From positions 248,001 through 312,000 of the forward strand of contig NIVC01000494.1 in the NCBI GenBank assembly GCA_002269645.1: a DNA stretch of 64,000 nucleotides, read 5' to 3'. A program made the translations under genes and the position numbers. Below the pieces are notes generated by a model. It did no database searches. It was not told the DNA's origin and saw only the letters and a list, made by a program, of their open reading frames with translations. This DNA is from Macrostomum lignano. Lineage: Eukaryota. Positions 49,714 through 60,100 of this stretch are shown here, piece after piece (position 1 is the first letter of the stretch; every line of letters starts with the position of its first letter).

Positions 49714-50183
49714 ATTCCGAAGAGTTGGAAGCGTTCATTTCTCGCTGCCCCACATCTGTGCGGGATGCCTATTGCGGAAATTTTACAGTTGGAACAGTGA
49801 CACCATTTTTCGATTCAACCTGCCGACCCTGCTGCTTCATTTTGTATGAGCCATGGAATGATGAGTGCGGTCACTGGATTGCTGGAGTAGTAACAAGTAA
49901 AGTGCATTGTGAAATTTTCAACTCTTTAGGAGGCTTGAGTAAAAATATGAAGAGCTGGTTAAAGAAAACTAAACCGACGCGGATGGTGCTGCAATGGAAT
50001 ACGGTCCCTGTTCAGCCCAGTTCGTCAACTCTATGCGGCTGGTATTGCATTTTTTACTTGATCCATCGACTACATAAGAGAATGTCATATAATGCCTTGT
50101 TCATCAAGGTTTTGCACCCGGCAGCTGTGGCTCAAAACGATGCAATCATACTCAGACTCAAAAATCAGTTGCAAGGTGTTTGA
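49710..50183 (+). CDS. Adenain-like cysteine protease, 157 aa
   Basis: GHWIAG (His), IFNSLG and VQPSSSTLCGWYCIFYL (Gln...Cys). Confidence 0.88.
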   Translation: MNSEELEAFISRCPTSVRDAYCGNFTVGTVTPFFDSTCRPCCFILYEPWNDECGHWIAGVVTSKVHCEIFNSLGGLSKNMKSWLKKTKPTRMVLQWNTVPVQPSSSTLCGWYCIFYLIHRLHKRMSYNALFIKVLHPAAVAQNDAIILRLKNQLQGV

Positions 50184-50798
50184 TTCCAGACTGCGGATGG
50201 GAGGCTGCATGATGGTTTCGGGCCCTTCTCGAGCGGGAAAATCAACATTCTGTTTGCGGTTGCTGTCCCAACGACTGCTTTGTTCGACCAACCTCCCAAG
50301 CGGATGATTTGGTATCACGGATGCCCGCAGCCGGAACTCCACGCGACTCTGCGGCGGCTAGGAGTGCAAGTATGTGAAGGATTATCGAATTTGGATCTGC
50401 AGCCCCATGACCTGATTGTGATTGACGATTTACTGGATGAAGCAGCTGCAAGTCGAGAGCTACGACATCTGTTCACCCGTGAGGCCCACCACAAGCCCTG
50501 CTTTGTCATTCTCATCACGCAAAATCTATTTTTCAAAGGCAGAGAGTGGCGCACAATTAGCATAAATTGCACCTACATTGTGTTGTTCAACAACCCCAGA
50601 GACGCCTCTGCGGTCCAAGCTTTAAGTCAGCAATGCTTTCCCAAACGGCGCACTCTGCTAGTAGAACTGATGGATCGATTGGTGCGAGATGGAGATCAGC
50701 GCTATCTGCTGCTTGATTTTCACCCCGCTTCGCCCCATGAACTGCGCCTGAGAGCCAATTTTCTCCCCGATGAGGCCCCGCAGCGAGTTTATCTATAA
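50140..50798 (+). CDS. A32/FtsK-like packaging ATPase, one frameshift near 50275
   Basis: Walker A GPSRAGKS (frame from ATG 50140); Walker B LIVIDD and FTREAHH...ITQNLF...RTISINCTYIVLFNNPRD (frame from 50280). Confidence 0.9.
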
Positions 50799-50828
50799 GA
50801 ATGGCTCAGTATCTGCACTGAGTTAAAC

Positions 50829-51161
50829 ATGGATAAACACATTGCACTAATAACTGTCTTTTGTGAGGGCACTATATCCTTGCGTCGCTGCATACTTACC
50901 TATGCAAATAAAAGCACCATTTGCTTTTTGGTTGAGTGTATTATAAATCTACTAGCAGGAAAAGTTTGTTGTGAAGATAGCTTGAAGCGGAGACTCAGGC
51001 GATATCGAAATACTCTCCGGCTTGTTGCACAAAGCAAAAGTGTGAAAGAGGCTCGGCGCAATCTCTCACACCCGCATATCCTTCGTTGTCTTCCTCTGAT
51101 TCTCACCTGTATAAAAAGACATGTACAAGGAAATGATACTGGTACCCCGGTTGCAGTATGA
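50829..51161 (+). CDS. Conserved small Polinton-type ORF (110 aa), function unknown
   Basis: ICFLVECIINLLAGKV...LKRRLRRYRNTLR resembles an ORF pattern I associate with Mavericks; located in the co-oriented block. Confidence 0.55.
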   Translation: MDKHIALITVFCEGTISLRRCILTYANKSTICFLVECIINLLAGKVCCEDSLKRRLRRYRNTLRLVAQSKSVKEARRNLSHPHILRCLPLILTCIKRHVQGNDTGTPVAV

Positions 51162-51717
51162 GGCACTTGTGAATCAGAGGGGCATGGAGACAGTCTGTGA
51201 ACCCGAGCTAGAGGCGGAAAAACAGTTGCGCAAGATTAGGGACGAGCGTTGCGTGCAGCAGCTGCAGGCAAGTGCGACCCAAGAACAGCCTCCAGTAATT
51301 CACAAAGAACCGCAGTGGAAGGAGGTTTTATATCTGACGGTGAATCAGAAATGGCATCATCGTCTGCAGGCATTGATTAGCTTCATAACCGTAAAGTGCA
51401 AGTCGATTAGCATAGATGATACGTATGAAGTTTCTGTCAATGGTAAACCGTTGTACAACTCAAATATCGTGGACCTGCTGTATTTCATAGTTAAAGATAC
51501 GTACTCTAAGTATCTTCAGCCACCGAATGGGATTAATGAGTTTGTTACGTGTCTTCAAGAAAACCACGTGCCTCTGTCTGCAGTTGGTCTGAACACTACA
51601 AAATTGCTGGAAAAGCCTCGGGAAGAAAAGTCCAGTCCTAAAAAACCTCGACTGCAAGGCTATAAGAAGACTCAGTCTCAGAAAGGATACGGCAAGTGGA
51701 TCAAGTGGCCAAGATGA
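51121..51717 (+). CDS. Conserved Polinton-type ORF (198 aa), function unknown
   Basis: VNGKPLYNSNIVDLL...PPNGINEFVTCLQENHVP pattern; the stop overlaps the next ATG. Confidence 0.55.
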   Translation: MYKEMILVPRLQYEALVNQRGMETVCEPELEAEKQLRKIRDERCVQQLQASATQEQPPVIHKEPQWKEVLYLTVNQKWHHRLQALISFITVKCKSISIDDTYEVSVNGKPLYNSNIVDLLYFIVKDTYSKYLQPPNGINEFVTCLQENHVPLSAVGLNTTKLLEKPREEKSSPKKPRLQGYKKTQSQKGYGKWIKWPR

Positions 51718-52229
51718 TTGTCATTGATTTTGAAGGATTTCCGCACCTCTACAAAACAGAGGACTTTGTGATTAAGGAAATTGCATGGGTTGAGTTTGCA
51801 TGCGGTCAAACGACGGCTCATTACTATTGCTACCAGCCGCCGCACAGCTTTGAGCTCTTTGATCGAGGACAGCGACGAACCTGCTACTGGCTCACCAATA
51901 AGCGGCACGGTCTAGACTGGGACAGGAGTGGGTTCCGACCCTACTCTTGTCTCTGGAGCGATATCTCCCACTTGCAAGGCCCGATATTCAGCAAGGGGGA
52001 TGTCAAGTGCCAGTTCCTGTCGCGTCTGCTGCTACAGCCTGTCTACGACCTCGCACACCTGGCCTTTCCGAGTGCCTCGAAGTACGTGCTACCCTGCGCC
52101 CTGGCCAAGGTGGCGCTGTACGCTGATTGGCTGCGGCCTCGCGGCTACGGGTCTATAAAAGTAGCGATCTGCAGCAGGCACTGGCATTTCTCTCGATTGT
52201 CTGGTTTTGTCTCGCATAGAGACGCCTAA
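51714..52229 (+). CDS. DEDD/DnaQ-like 3'-5' exonuclease
   Basis: MIVIDFEGF (ExoI DxE), FVIKEIA, HGLDW, IFSKG and CALAKV. Confidence 0.65.
   Translation: MIVIDFEGFPHLYKTEDFVIKEIAWVEFACGQTTAHYYCYQPPHSFELFDRGQRRTCYWLTNKRHGLDWDRSGFRPYSCLWSDISHLQGPIFSKGDVKCQFLSRLLLQPVYDLAHLAFPSASKYVLPCALAKVALYADWLRPRGYGSIKVAICSRHWHFSRLSGFVSHRDA
52154..52202 (+). promoter_or_regulatory. TATA box plus initiator-like leader
   Basis: TATAAAAG at 52154-52161; CATT with A at 52186 (32 nt downstream). The leader aggcactggcatttctctcgattgtct is repeated exactly at 53063-53089. Confidence 0.5.
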
Positions 52230-53093
52230 CCGCAGTCACTTCTGTGAAACTTGTCTCTGCCTGGCTGAAAGCTTGTAATGAGTGAGTAGGCTGGGTTGGA
52301 GGGTAATAGTGGATCGGGAGGGGCTGTGGGTAGCTGTATAGGAAGGCAGGCCTATACCTGTACCAAGGTGCTCTGACGGTATCCCTCAGGCGCCCTCTGA
52401 GCGTACAGCCAGCGACCCTATTAAAGCTGGAGTGTGCCAGAACCAGGACTGAGTCTGAGCAGGACGGGACCGTTGGCACGGTCACAATAGAAATGGCGGG
52501 TTGGCGAAGCAAAGGGTGAAACAGTCCCGGCGATTAGCCCTCCTGCCGCTTCAAAGATAAGAGACTGTCTGTTGGCAAGAGTACCCGGGGTCTAGTTGGG
52601 GGGGGAGGCTCCTTCGGGTTGCCACGGCCGTGGGGGGCGGTCAAATGACCGGCATTGGCTTAACTAACCCAGGAGTAGGCACGGGCTTCCCTGAATGGTT
52701 CACTCAACCCCCTCTGGCCCCGGGGAGGTTTTTGATTTGTACCCGGGGTGGTGGGCGGTCGGCCCCAGCATGGTTGCCACGGCTCTAGGCCTTCGGGCCA
52801 TCTCTAATAGGCTTTGGGGGCCTTCTAACCTGGTTTTTTGGGCACGGGCTTCCTGACTGGTTCGTCGAACCGCTGTCACTGTCCCCCGGGGAGGTTTGGT
52901 TTTTCTGATACTGCCCTGTACAGTCCTCTATAGTCTAATTTGGCTTTTAGTGTACATGAGTACACTCCCAATCTGGAATCTAAATTATCTCTAGTGGCGT
53001 AAGAGCCTTTTTACTTAGGCTGAGGCGCCGGAAGTACTTATCATAGTCATAGTCATAGTCATAGGCACTGGCATTTCTCTCGATTGTCTAAAG

Positions 53094-53744
53094 ATGGCCG
53101 CAACAATTCGCGTAACAAACATCGTGACAGGAGCCGACCTGGCGACCCGGGTGGGTCTGCCACAACTAGCGAATTTCCTGACTCTTCATCTGCCTCAGTA
53201 TCACACAATCCGCCATCGCCTGGTTCATCCTCGAACACTGGCTGTGGTGATGAAGAGCGGGCAGCATCGAGTAACCGCGCTGGTGTATCCGACCGGACAA
53301 GTGTCTGTCTGTGGAGCCAAAAGCATGGAGGAAGCTCTCGTAGAGACAGAGAAGATTGTGAAGCTGTGTGCAGACTTCTTGCGATTGACCAGTCTGCCCC
53401 AGATTCGCATCAAGACTATTACCTCTGTGACGACCTTTCCCGCGGGTCGGCATCCACTCCGGTTGGGGGAAGTCAAGTCTAAATGGCCGCATCGGGCCAC
53501 CTACGAGCCGGAAATGTTTAACGGACTTGTGCTCGAGTTTACTGCTTCTGTAAAGTTGATTTTGTTTCATTCATATCGCTGTATAATAGCTGGTGCTCGC
53601 AGCGTGGTTGAGGCTCAGACTGCAGCTGATGCCCTCTCCCGCATTTTGCATGCAGACCAAGCATCCGAACCTACTTTGCTGGACTCTGACTCAGCTCCTC
53701 TACGGCATAACAGTAGTAGTGAGATCTGCCTATGCACCGAGTAA
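53094..53744 (+). CDS. Divergent TATA-binding protein (TBP)-like protein, 216 aa
   Basis: Two TBP-like repeats: VTNIVTGADL...AVVMK...TALVYPTGQVSVCGAKS and ...TYEPEMFNGLVL...KLILFHSYRCIIAGARS. Compare TBP QNIVAT, TALIFASGKMVVTGAKS and SYEPELFPGLIY...LLIFVSGKIVLTGAK. Confidence 0.82.
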   Translation: MAATIRVTNIVTGADLATRVGLPQLANFLTLHLPQYHTIRHRLVHPRTLAVVMKSGQHRVTALVYPTGQVSVCGAKSMEEALVETEKIVKLCADFLRLTSLPQIRIKTITSVTTFPAGRHPLRLGEVKSKWPHRATYEPEMFNGLVLEFTASVKLILFHSYRCIIAGARSVVEAQTAADALSRILHADQASEPTLLDSDSAPLRHNSSSEICLCTE

Positions 53745-54130
53745 TAATAATAATAATAATAATAATATTTTTGCTGTAACTTTACTTCTGTATTTCTTTT
53801 GTGTACAAAAGATAAGAAAAAATAAACGCGAATGCAACTATGTTTGTGCAACAATGCTTACAAAAATGAAACGTTTTTTTTTTGTTTATTTTATTGGCAG
53901 GTCCATGGATTGCTAAGCATAAAATTACATGTTAAAAGCTCCTATTAGCACAAAAAAAGTTTATGAAGAATGGAAGGGCAGTATTAAGGCCTGTCACGTG
54001 TATTTACAAAACAGGTATTATCGCAAGAAATTAAAGCATCATGGGGCAATATTATAGCCAGTATTGACAAAGCAGTATATACAACAGTGCATGATCAGTA
54101 CTATGGTTCAAAACTATATTAAAAAAAAAG

Positions 54131-54826
54131 TTACTTGACGAAATGACCAGTTGTCGCTTCATGCATTGCGCGTCGCTTCATTGGTGGCTGGTGGCATGAA
54201 GGCTGTTGGTTCTTCTCAGCTGTTGATGGCTCTTCCAGAGTTTCGGATGCAAATCTCTTTCTAAATTCAGCCTGAACTGCCTGGAAAGCCTCCCAGTGGT
54301 CGTCCCACTCTGCCGGCTGCCTGTCAGGTACTTGTATAAGTTGGTCGAGTGTAAGCCTTGCTGCCCATGCTGCACACTCTTCAGGCTCCGTAGGGTGGTA
54401 TCCCATCCACCATGGATCGCCGATCGGTGGCTTGACCGGAGGTTCTCGCTTGTCAATTTTGTCTAGGACCCAATGCTTTTGAGCCCAGACTTCGCGCCAA
54501 AGTTTTGTAGGAAGCGGTAAGGCGTGCCTTAGGTGCACCGGCGGTCCGAGTACAGTTGGAAGGCGCCAGAGTGTGATTACGCCATTTTGCACAACCACTT
54601 GCCTGTTGCCACCCAGAAGGCATTGCGCATCGATACACTTTCTTGCAAACTCTTCCAGTCGTTCCTTCAGGCTGCCCAAGTGGCAAAACTGGTGGACGGT
54701 GAGCTCCATGCCAGGCAGACCTGGTCGATACTCTTCATCAAATTTGTACCACTTTCTGATGCTGATGCACTTCGAGTGCGACCTGACGCCGATTCGAAAT
54801 CTGTTCGATAATGTCTTGAAGTTCAT
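54131..54826 (-). CDS. PC4 (Sub1/p15)-like ssDNA-binding/coactivator domain protein, ~231 aa
   Basis: N-terminus FKTLSNRFRIGV...ISIRKWYKFDEEYRPGLPGMELTVHQFCHL fits the PC4 pattern (vdIRe.Y....kPgkKGIsLt.eQw..L). TATATAA ~45 nt upstream of the ATG on the minus strand. Confidence 0.65.
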   Translation of the reverse strand: MNFKTLSNRFRIGVRSHSKCISIRKWYKFDEEYRPGLPGMELTVHQFCHLGSLKERLEEFARKCIDAQCLLGGNRQVVVQNGVITLWRLPTVLGPPVHLRHALPLPTKLWREVWAQKHWVLDKIDKREPPVKPPIGDPWWMGYHPTEPEECAAWAARLTLDQLIQVPDRQPAEWDDHWEAFQAVQAEFRKRFASETLEEPSTAEKNQQPSCHQPPMKRRAMHEATTGHFVK

Positions 54827-55399
54827 TTTGTTCACTGTGAGCTTTCCTTCCGGCTGTGTGCGAGATTATATACGACGAGAGTTGGTAAGTAACACCAGCT
54901 CCCGCTCCATCGCAATAACCAATCCGAACCCCGAATCCAACCCCACACAACAGCCCTCTCGCAGGAACTCTCGGCAAATCAGGAGCCCTTCCGGGGACCA
55001 CTCAGCCATTTAGAAACCAGCTCCTGTTCCATAGCAATAACTAATCCGAACCCCAAATCCAACCCCCACACAGCAGCCCTTTCGCAGGAACTCGGGCCTC
55101 AACAAAGTCTCAGCCATCAACGTAACAGGAGGTGGCGGGACCTTCTTGCGGCCCTCTGGCCGCCAAGAAGTAGCGTTCTAGGTCTAACGACCTCACGCTG
55201 TACCCGCCACAGCAAGATACAGTACAACCAAAGCATGGAATGAGGGTTTTGCCTTGGCTAGCTTTAAAGGCGGTAAGTGAGACAGGTAATAAGACTTGGG
55301 TTTAGGAATTAGGAGGGGGGAATTGGTTTTGGTTAGGGTACAGGATAGAAGGACCTTGCTACATGGGATGGGGCAAGGCGTAGGATAGGAGGGGGCCTT

Positions 55400-55865
55400 G
55401 GTATGGGATGCATGGGGTGCAGGACAGGAGGGGGTCTTGGTATGGGATGCACGGGGTGCAGGACAGGAGGGGTGTAGGACAGGAGGGGGTCTTGGTATGG
55501 GATGCATGGGGTGCAGGACAGGAGGGGGTCTTGGTATGGGATGCACGGGGTGCAGGACAGGAGGGGGTCTTGGTATGAGATGCACGGGGTGCAGGACAGG
55601 AGGGGTCTTGGTATGGGATGCACGGGGTGCAGGACAGGAGGGGTGTAGGACAGGAGGGGGCCTGGTTTGGGGTCGGGGTGGGTGCGTGGGTTTGGGGTCG
55701 GGATTGGGTGCGTGGCGGTGGTGGGTTTGGGGTCGGGGTGGGTTTGGGGGTCGGGGTGGGTTTGGCGTCGTGGTGGGCGTCTTCGGGGCGCCCTCTCCCC
55801 TCATTGGCCGGGTGCCCCGGCCAATCCCGTGCGATGGCGGTAGAGGGTACCACTTTCCTACTACT
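55400..55865 (-). repeat. Right terminal inverted repeat with expanded internal tandem units
   Basis: Multiple cttggtatgggatgcacggggtgcaggacaggagggggt units, versus about 1-2 in the left TIR. Confidence 0.88.
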
Positions 55866-57114
55866 ACGCGTATTAACCACCTGCGTGAGTTTAAGCACAC
55901 AACAGAATTTTATGCAACGGCTGCTCTTGATGCAAGCAAATGTTTAGTTTTCAATGGACATTTATTTATCAAAGGTAACATAAAAGTGAAACAAATTAAA
56001 CAAACAGTCAATTTTTTTCTAATTTTATTTTCGACACAAAAATACATTTAGATCAAATGGTTTTTATTGTATATGCATAAGAATAATTAACACATACCTG
56101 CTCTATGTATTACCTTCTTAGCTAATCGGCAGACATTGAAAGGTGAACACACCAAGGCGGCAACAAACTTCAAACTAAATTAGCCGGGAAAAGCAAAGTA
56201 AGACTTGTAAGACAAAGCAATTGCTCAGCTAGTGCAGCCAGTAGAAAAAGCGCATATAGCACGTAACTAAGCGCATGAAAGCTAGAGAGAGAGATGAGAC
56301 CGCGCCTCACGGGTCAGCAGATTAAGGAATGAGCTAAATCTATAATTAGCCAATGAATCAACAACTAAAATTTTGATTTCTCACTATATTATTAATAAAG
56401 CAAAATGGTAGAAACACTCAAAGCTTAGTAATGATTACATCCGATTGGAATGGCCAAAATGCCTTGAATAAATTTTTACATATTATAAGAATAATTAAAG
56501 GAACAAAACTGTGTATTTAAATAAATAAAATAGAATAAAACAAACTAATTACAGGTGCAAAGCAAGCAAAAATGTCAGACAACAACACAATTCCCAAAGA
56601 AGAGTCAAAATCAACACAGCGATAATTTTTCTCCACAGAATCAAACACAGACAGTTGATTGGTTGCCTCAGATTCGGACACGCGGCACAAGTTGAGAGGC
56701 AACAAGTCGTACAGCAAAGAAAAAAAACAGAAACTGCAACAACAGTTCCACTAATCAAGGTAATTATTAGTAAGTTTTTTTTATAAGTCCGATTCTGCAA
56801 ACAAGGAAAGAAAAGACACACGTTACGTAACTTTCATTATATTGAAGTTGTACCTTCTTGTATATACTACTTACTTGCTTAGTAGATCGAATTTCTTTGG
56901 CTTTAACCGTCTATTTATACTACTTAGTTCAACGAGTAATAAGTAGGGTGAACGATTACAATTCTTGAAACAGTTGACGCTGTTAAGCAGGCATGAACTG
57001 GATGTAAATATTAAATAACTAATTATTGTGGCCATATATTAATTAGTAGAAAAAAAATTACACACTGAGCTGCTATTACAATCAATATAGTCATAATTAT
57101 GAATAGTTATTAAA

Positions 57115-60100
57115 TCACTGATTGTGATGATTGTGTCGATGACTTCGGCTGGAGCTTCTTCGCCTAGATTTGTGATGCGAGGATTTCCGTTTGTGCCGCT
57201 TGTGATGGTTTTGGCGGCGACTGTGGTGGCGATCGTGCTGCTGGTGATGGTGACGCTTGCTGCGTTTCTGTGGGAAAAATTTAATGGAAAAATATCACAA
57301 CGGTAAAGCAGCTCAGCGCTTAACGCGTCTGACTGTTGCGCGTCAAGTCAGTGGGGCCACATTCAAGAAATTCGTGCACGGCATTTAGCGGATGCGCTGC
57401 ATAAGCGCGCAGTTGCATAAGCGCAGCAGTTGCATAAGCGCGCAGTTGCATTAGAGCACATTTGCATAAGCGCCAGTTGCATAAGCGCCAGTTGCATAAG
57501 CGCCAGTTGCATAAGCGCAGCAGTTGCATAAGCGCGCAGAGTAATAAGCCCGCAGTTGCATAAGCGCGCAGTGTGATAAGTGCACAGCTGCATAAGCGCA
57601 GCAGTTGCATAAGCGCGCAGTTGAATTAGAGCACATTTGCATAAGCGCAAATTTGCAAAAGCGCGCAGTGTAATAAGCACGCATTTGCATAAGCGCTAGT
57701 TGCATAAGCGCTAGTTGCATAAGCGCAAAATTGCAATAAACAATATAAACAATGTAGCAAATTTCAAGTTACCTTAGCGGTTTCCCGGTCGCTGCTACTA
57801 CTGATTTCGTCACTGTCGCTGTTGCAGTCTTCTTTGGCGCTATTGTGAGCACTGTGCGCTGCTGCGGCGGAAGCGGCGGCGGCGGTGGCCGCGGCTGCGG
57901 CGGGCCCGGAGCAGCATTCCACCCAGTCGTATTCAGACGAGGAAGGCGACGAAGAGGACTGGTCTTGGCTTGCTTTCCGCTTCAAGCTGGACGATTGTTG
58001 ATGCCGCTGCTGCTGCTGAGGCTCGGAGTTCGAAGCGGCTGGCAGCTGATACGACGGCGGCGGAGTCCGTGCCGACGCTCTAGCATCAACTGGCGCAGAT
58101 GCCGACGCCACGACTGACTTAGTAGGCTGCGGAGGCGTCAACTGCATCACGAGTTGTTGCTTTTGCTGTTGCTGCTGCTGCTGCAGAGGAACCGGGACAC
58201 AGCTGAACTTGTTGCCCTCAACCTTGTGTATTTTCAATCGAATACAAGTGGACGACGGCGACGCGGCGGCAGAGGCGGACGAATGAGACGGCGACTGGGA
58301 AGGACTGCCGTAGCTAACTAATAACTCACTGTTGCCAGACTGAGCTGCTGCAGCCTGAGCTGTCGAATCGCTTGTAGAACCGTTGTTGCTCTTTGAAGAA
58401 TAGCAACTAGAGTTGACATTGCGAGCGGACATGAACTGTAACAGGTCGGTTTTGCTGCCACTACTGGTGCTGCTACCGCTGCTAACTGATCCGTTGCCAT
58501 TGCAATTGCCATTGCTGGAGTTATTGCGCAGGACAAACACTGGACGCGGTGTAAACATCGGTCCAGACGATGTTGTCGACGTTATAGTGGACTGAATCGG
58601 ACTAGCGGCCGATGACACCAGCACGCGAATAGTGGAAGTGGACGGAATCGATCGAACGGCAGCCGTCTGGCTAGTCGGTATCGATGACACCGGTATCGGC
58701 GGAGCAGCAGCAATAGGCGGCGTCGGATGAGGCGCATCCACAGTGGACACGGGCCTGGCGCCGTTGCTACTATTGCTGTTATTGTTGACAAGAGCTGACA
58801 GGTCAGTCCGCCTGTAGAACAGAATATACGGGCAAGAGTTCAGCACCCGAGTCTCGCTGATTCGTTCAACCGAGGCATCGTTCAAGCACCACCAGGCTTC
58901 GTTGCGTTTAGCGTAGCAATAATAGTGCCCAAACTTGGTGCTGGCGCCGTGGTGTATGACCACGGAGTACAGGTCGTATTGCACTGGCCGGCCTCGCTTA
59001 GACATGAACGGACGCAGGTCCAGACTAAGCGGAAACTCAACAAACCGGCTAATCTTGCTGTTGTGACCCCATTGGAATCGGTTCAACTGGATAGTTAAGA
59101 TTGGCGGGCCAACAGCGATGCTGAAACTCTTCATAGCAGTCACTTTTGTGCGACATTTCTCGCATTTGTAAGCGTTGGAGTCTTTCAACAGATCGGCGGA
59201 TACAAACCGCTGCAGACAGTCGATCAAGTTGTTGCTGCTCTGGATGCACAGGCTTAGATCCATGAAATCGTCGAATGTCTGCGACTGGGCGCCGCATTTT
59301 GAGCAGAGTACGGACGATTTGAGCTTGCCACAGAATAGCACTCGGATTGGATTGGATGCGCGCCTGTTGGTTGCAAAAAAGCAGTAAATTTTATAAATTG
59401 CTCAGGTACCTAACGGTATTACTGCTCCCGCAACTTATCAGCAGGTATAGCTCGTATTATCGGGACACTGCTACTCATCACACAGGTACTTTTGACGGCC
59501 ACAACTCGGGTACTTTTGACAGGACACAGCTACTCATCAACCGGTATGTTTGACTGGACACACAGCTACTCATCAACCGGTATGTTTGGCAGGACACACA
59601 GCAACTCATCAACCGGTATGTTTGGTAGAACACACAGCTACTCATCAACCGGTATGTTTGACTGGACACACAGCTACTCATCAACCGGTATGTTTGACTG
59701 GACACACAGCTACTCATCAACCGGTATGTTTGACTGGACACACAGCTACTCATCAACCGGCATGTTTGGCAGGACACACAGCAACTCATCAACCGGTATG
59801 TTTGGTAGAACACACAGCTACTCATCAACCGGTATGTTTGGTAGAACACACAGCTACTCATCAACCGGTATGTTTGGCAGGACACACAGCTACTCATCAA
59901 CCGGTATGTTTGACAGGACACAGCTACTCATCAACCGGTATGTTTGGTAGAACACACAGCTACTGATCAACCGGAATGTTTGACTGGACACACAGCTACT
60001 CATCAACCGGTATGTTTGACAGGACACAGCTACTCATCAACCGGTATGTTTGGTAGAACACACAGGTACTCATCAACCGGTATGTTTGGTAGAACACACA

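Larger units (their letters stand above)
43969..55865. mobile_element. Polinton/Maverick-type endogenous dsDNA virus, 11,897 bp
   Basis: TIRs begin agtagtaggaaagtggtaccctctaccgccatcgca at both ends. Exact 6-bp TSD ACGCGT at 43963-43968 and 55866-55871. Contains pPolB remnant, RVE integrase, capsid proteins, protease and ATPase. Confidence 0.95.
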
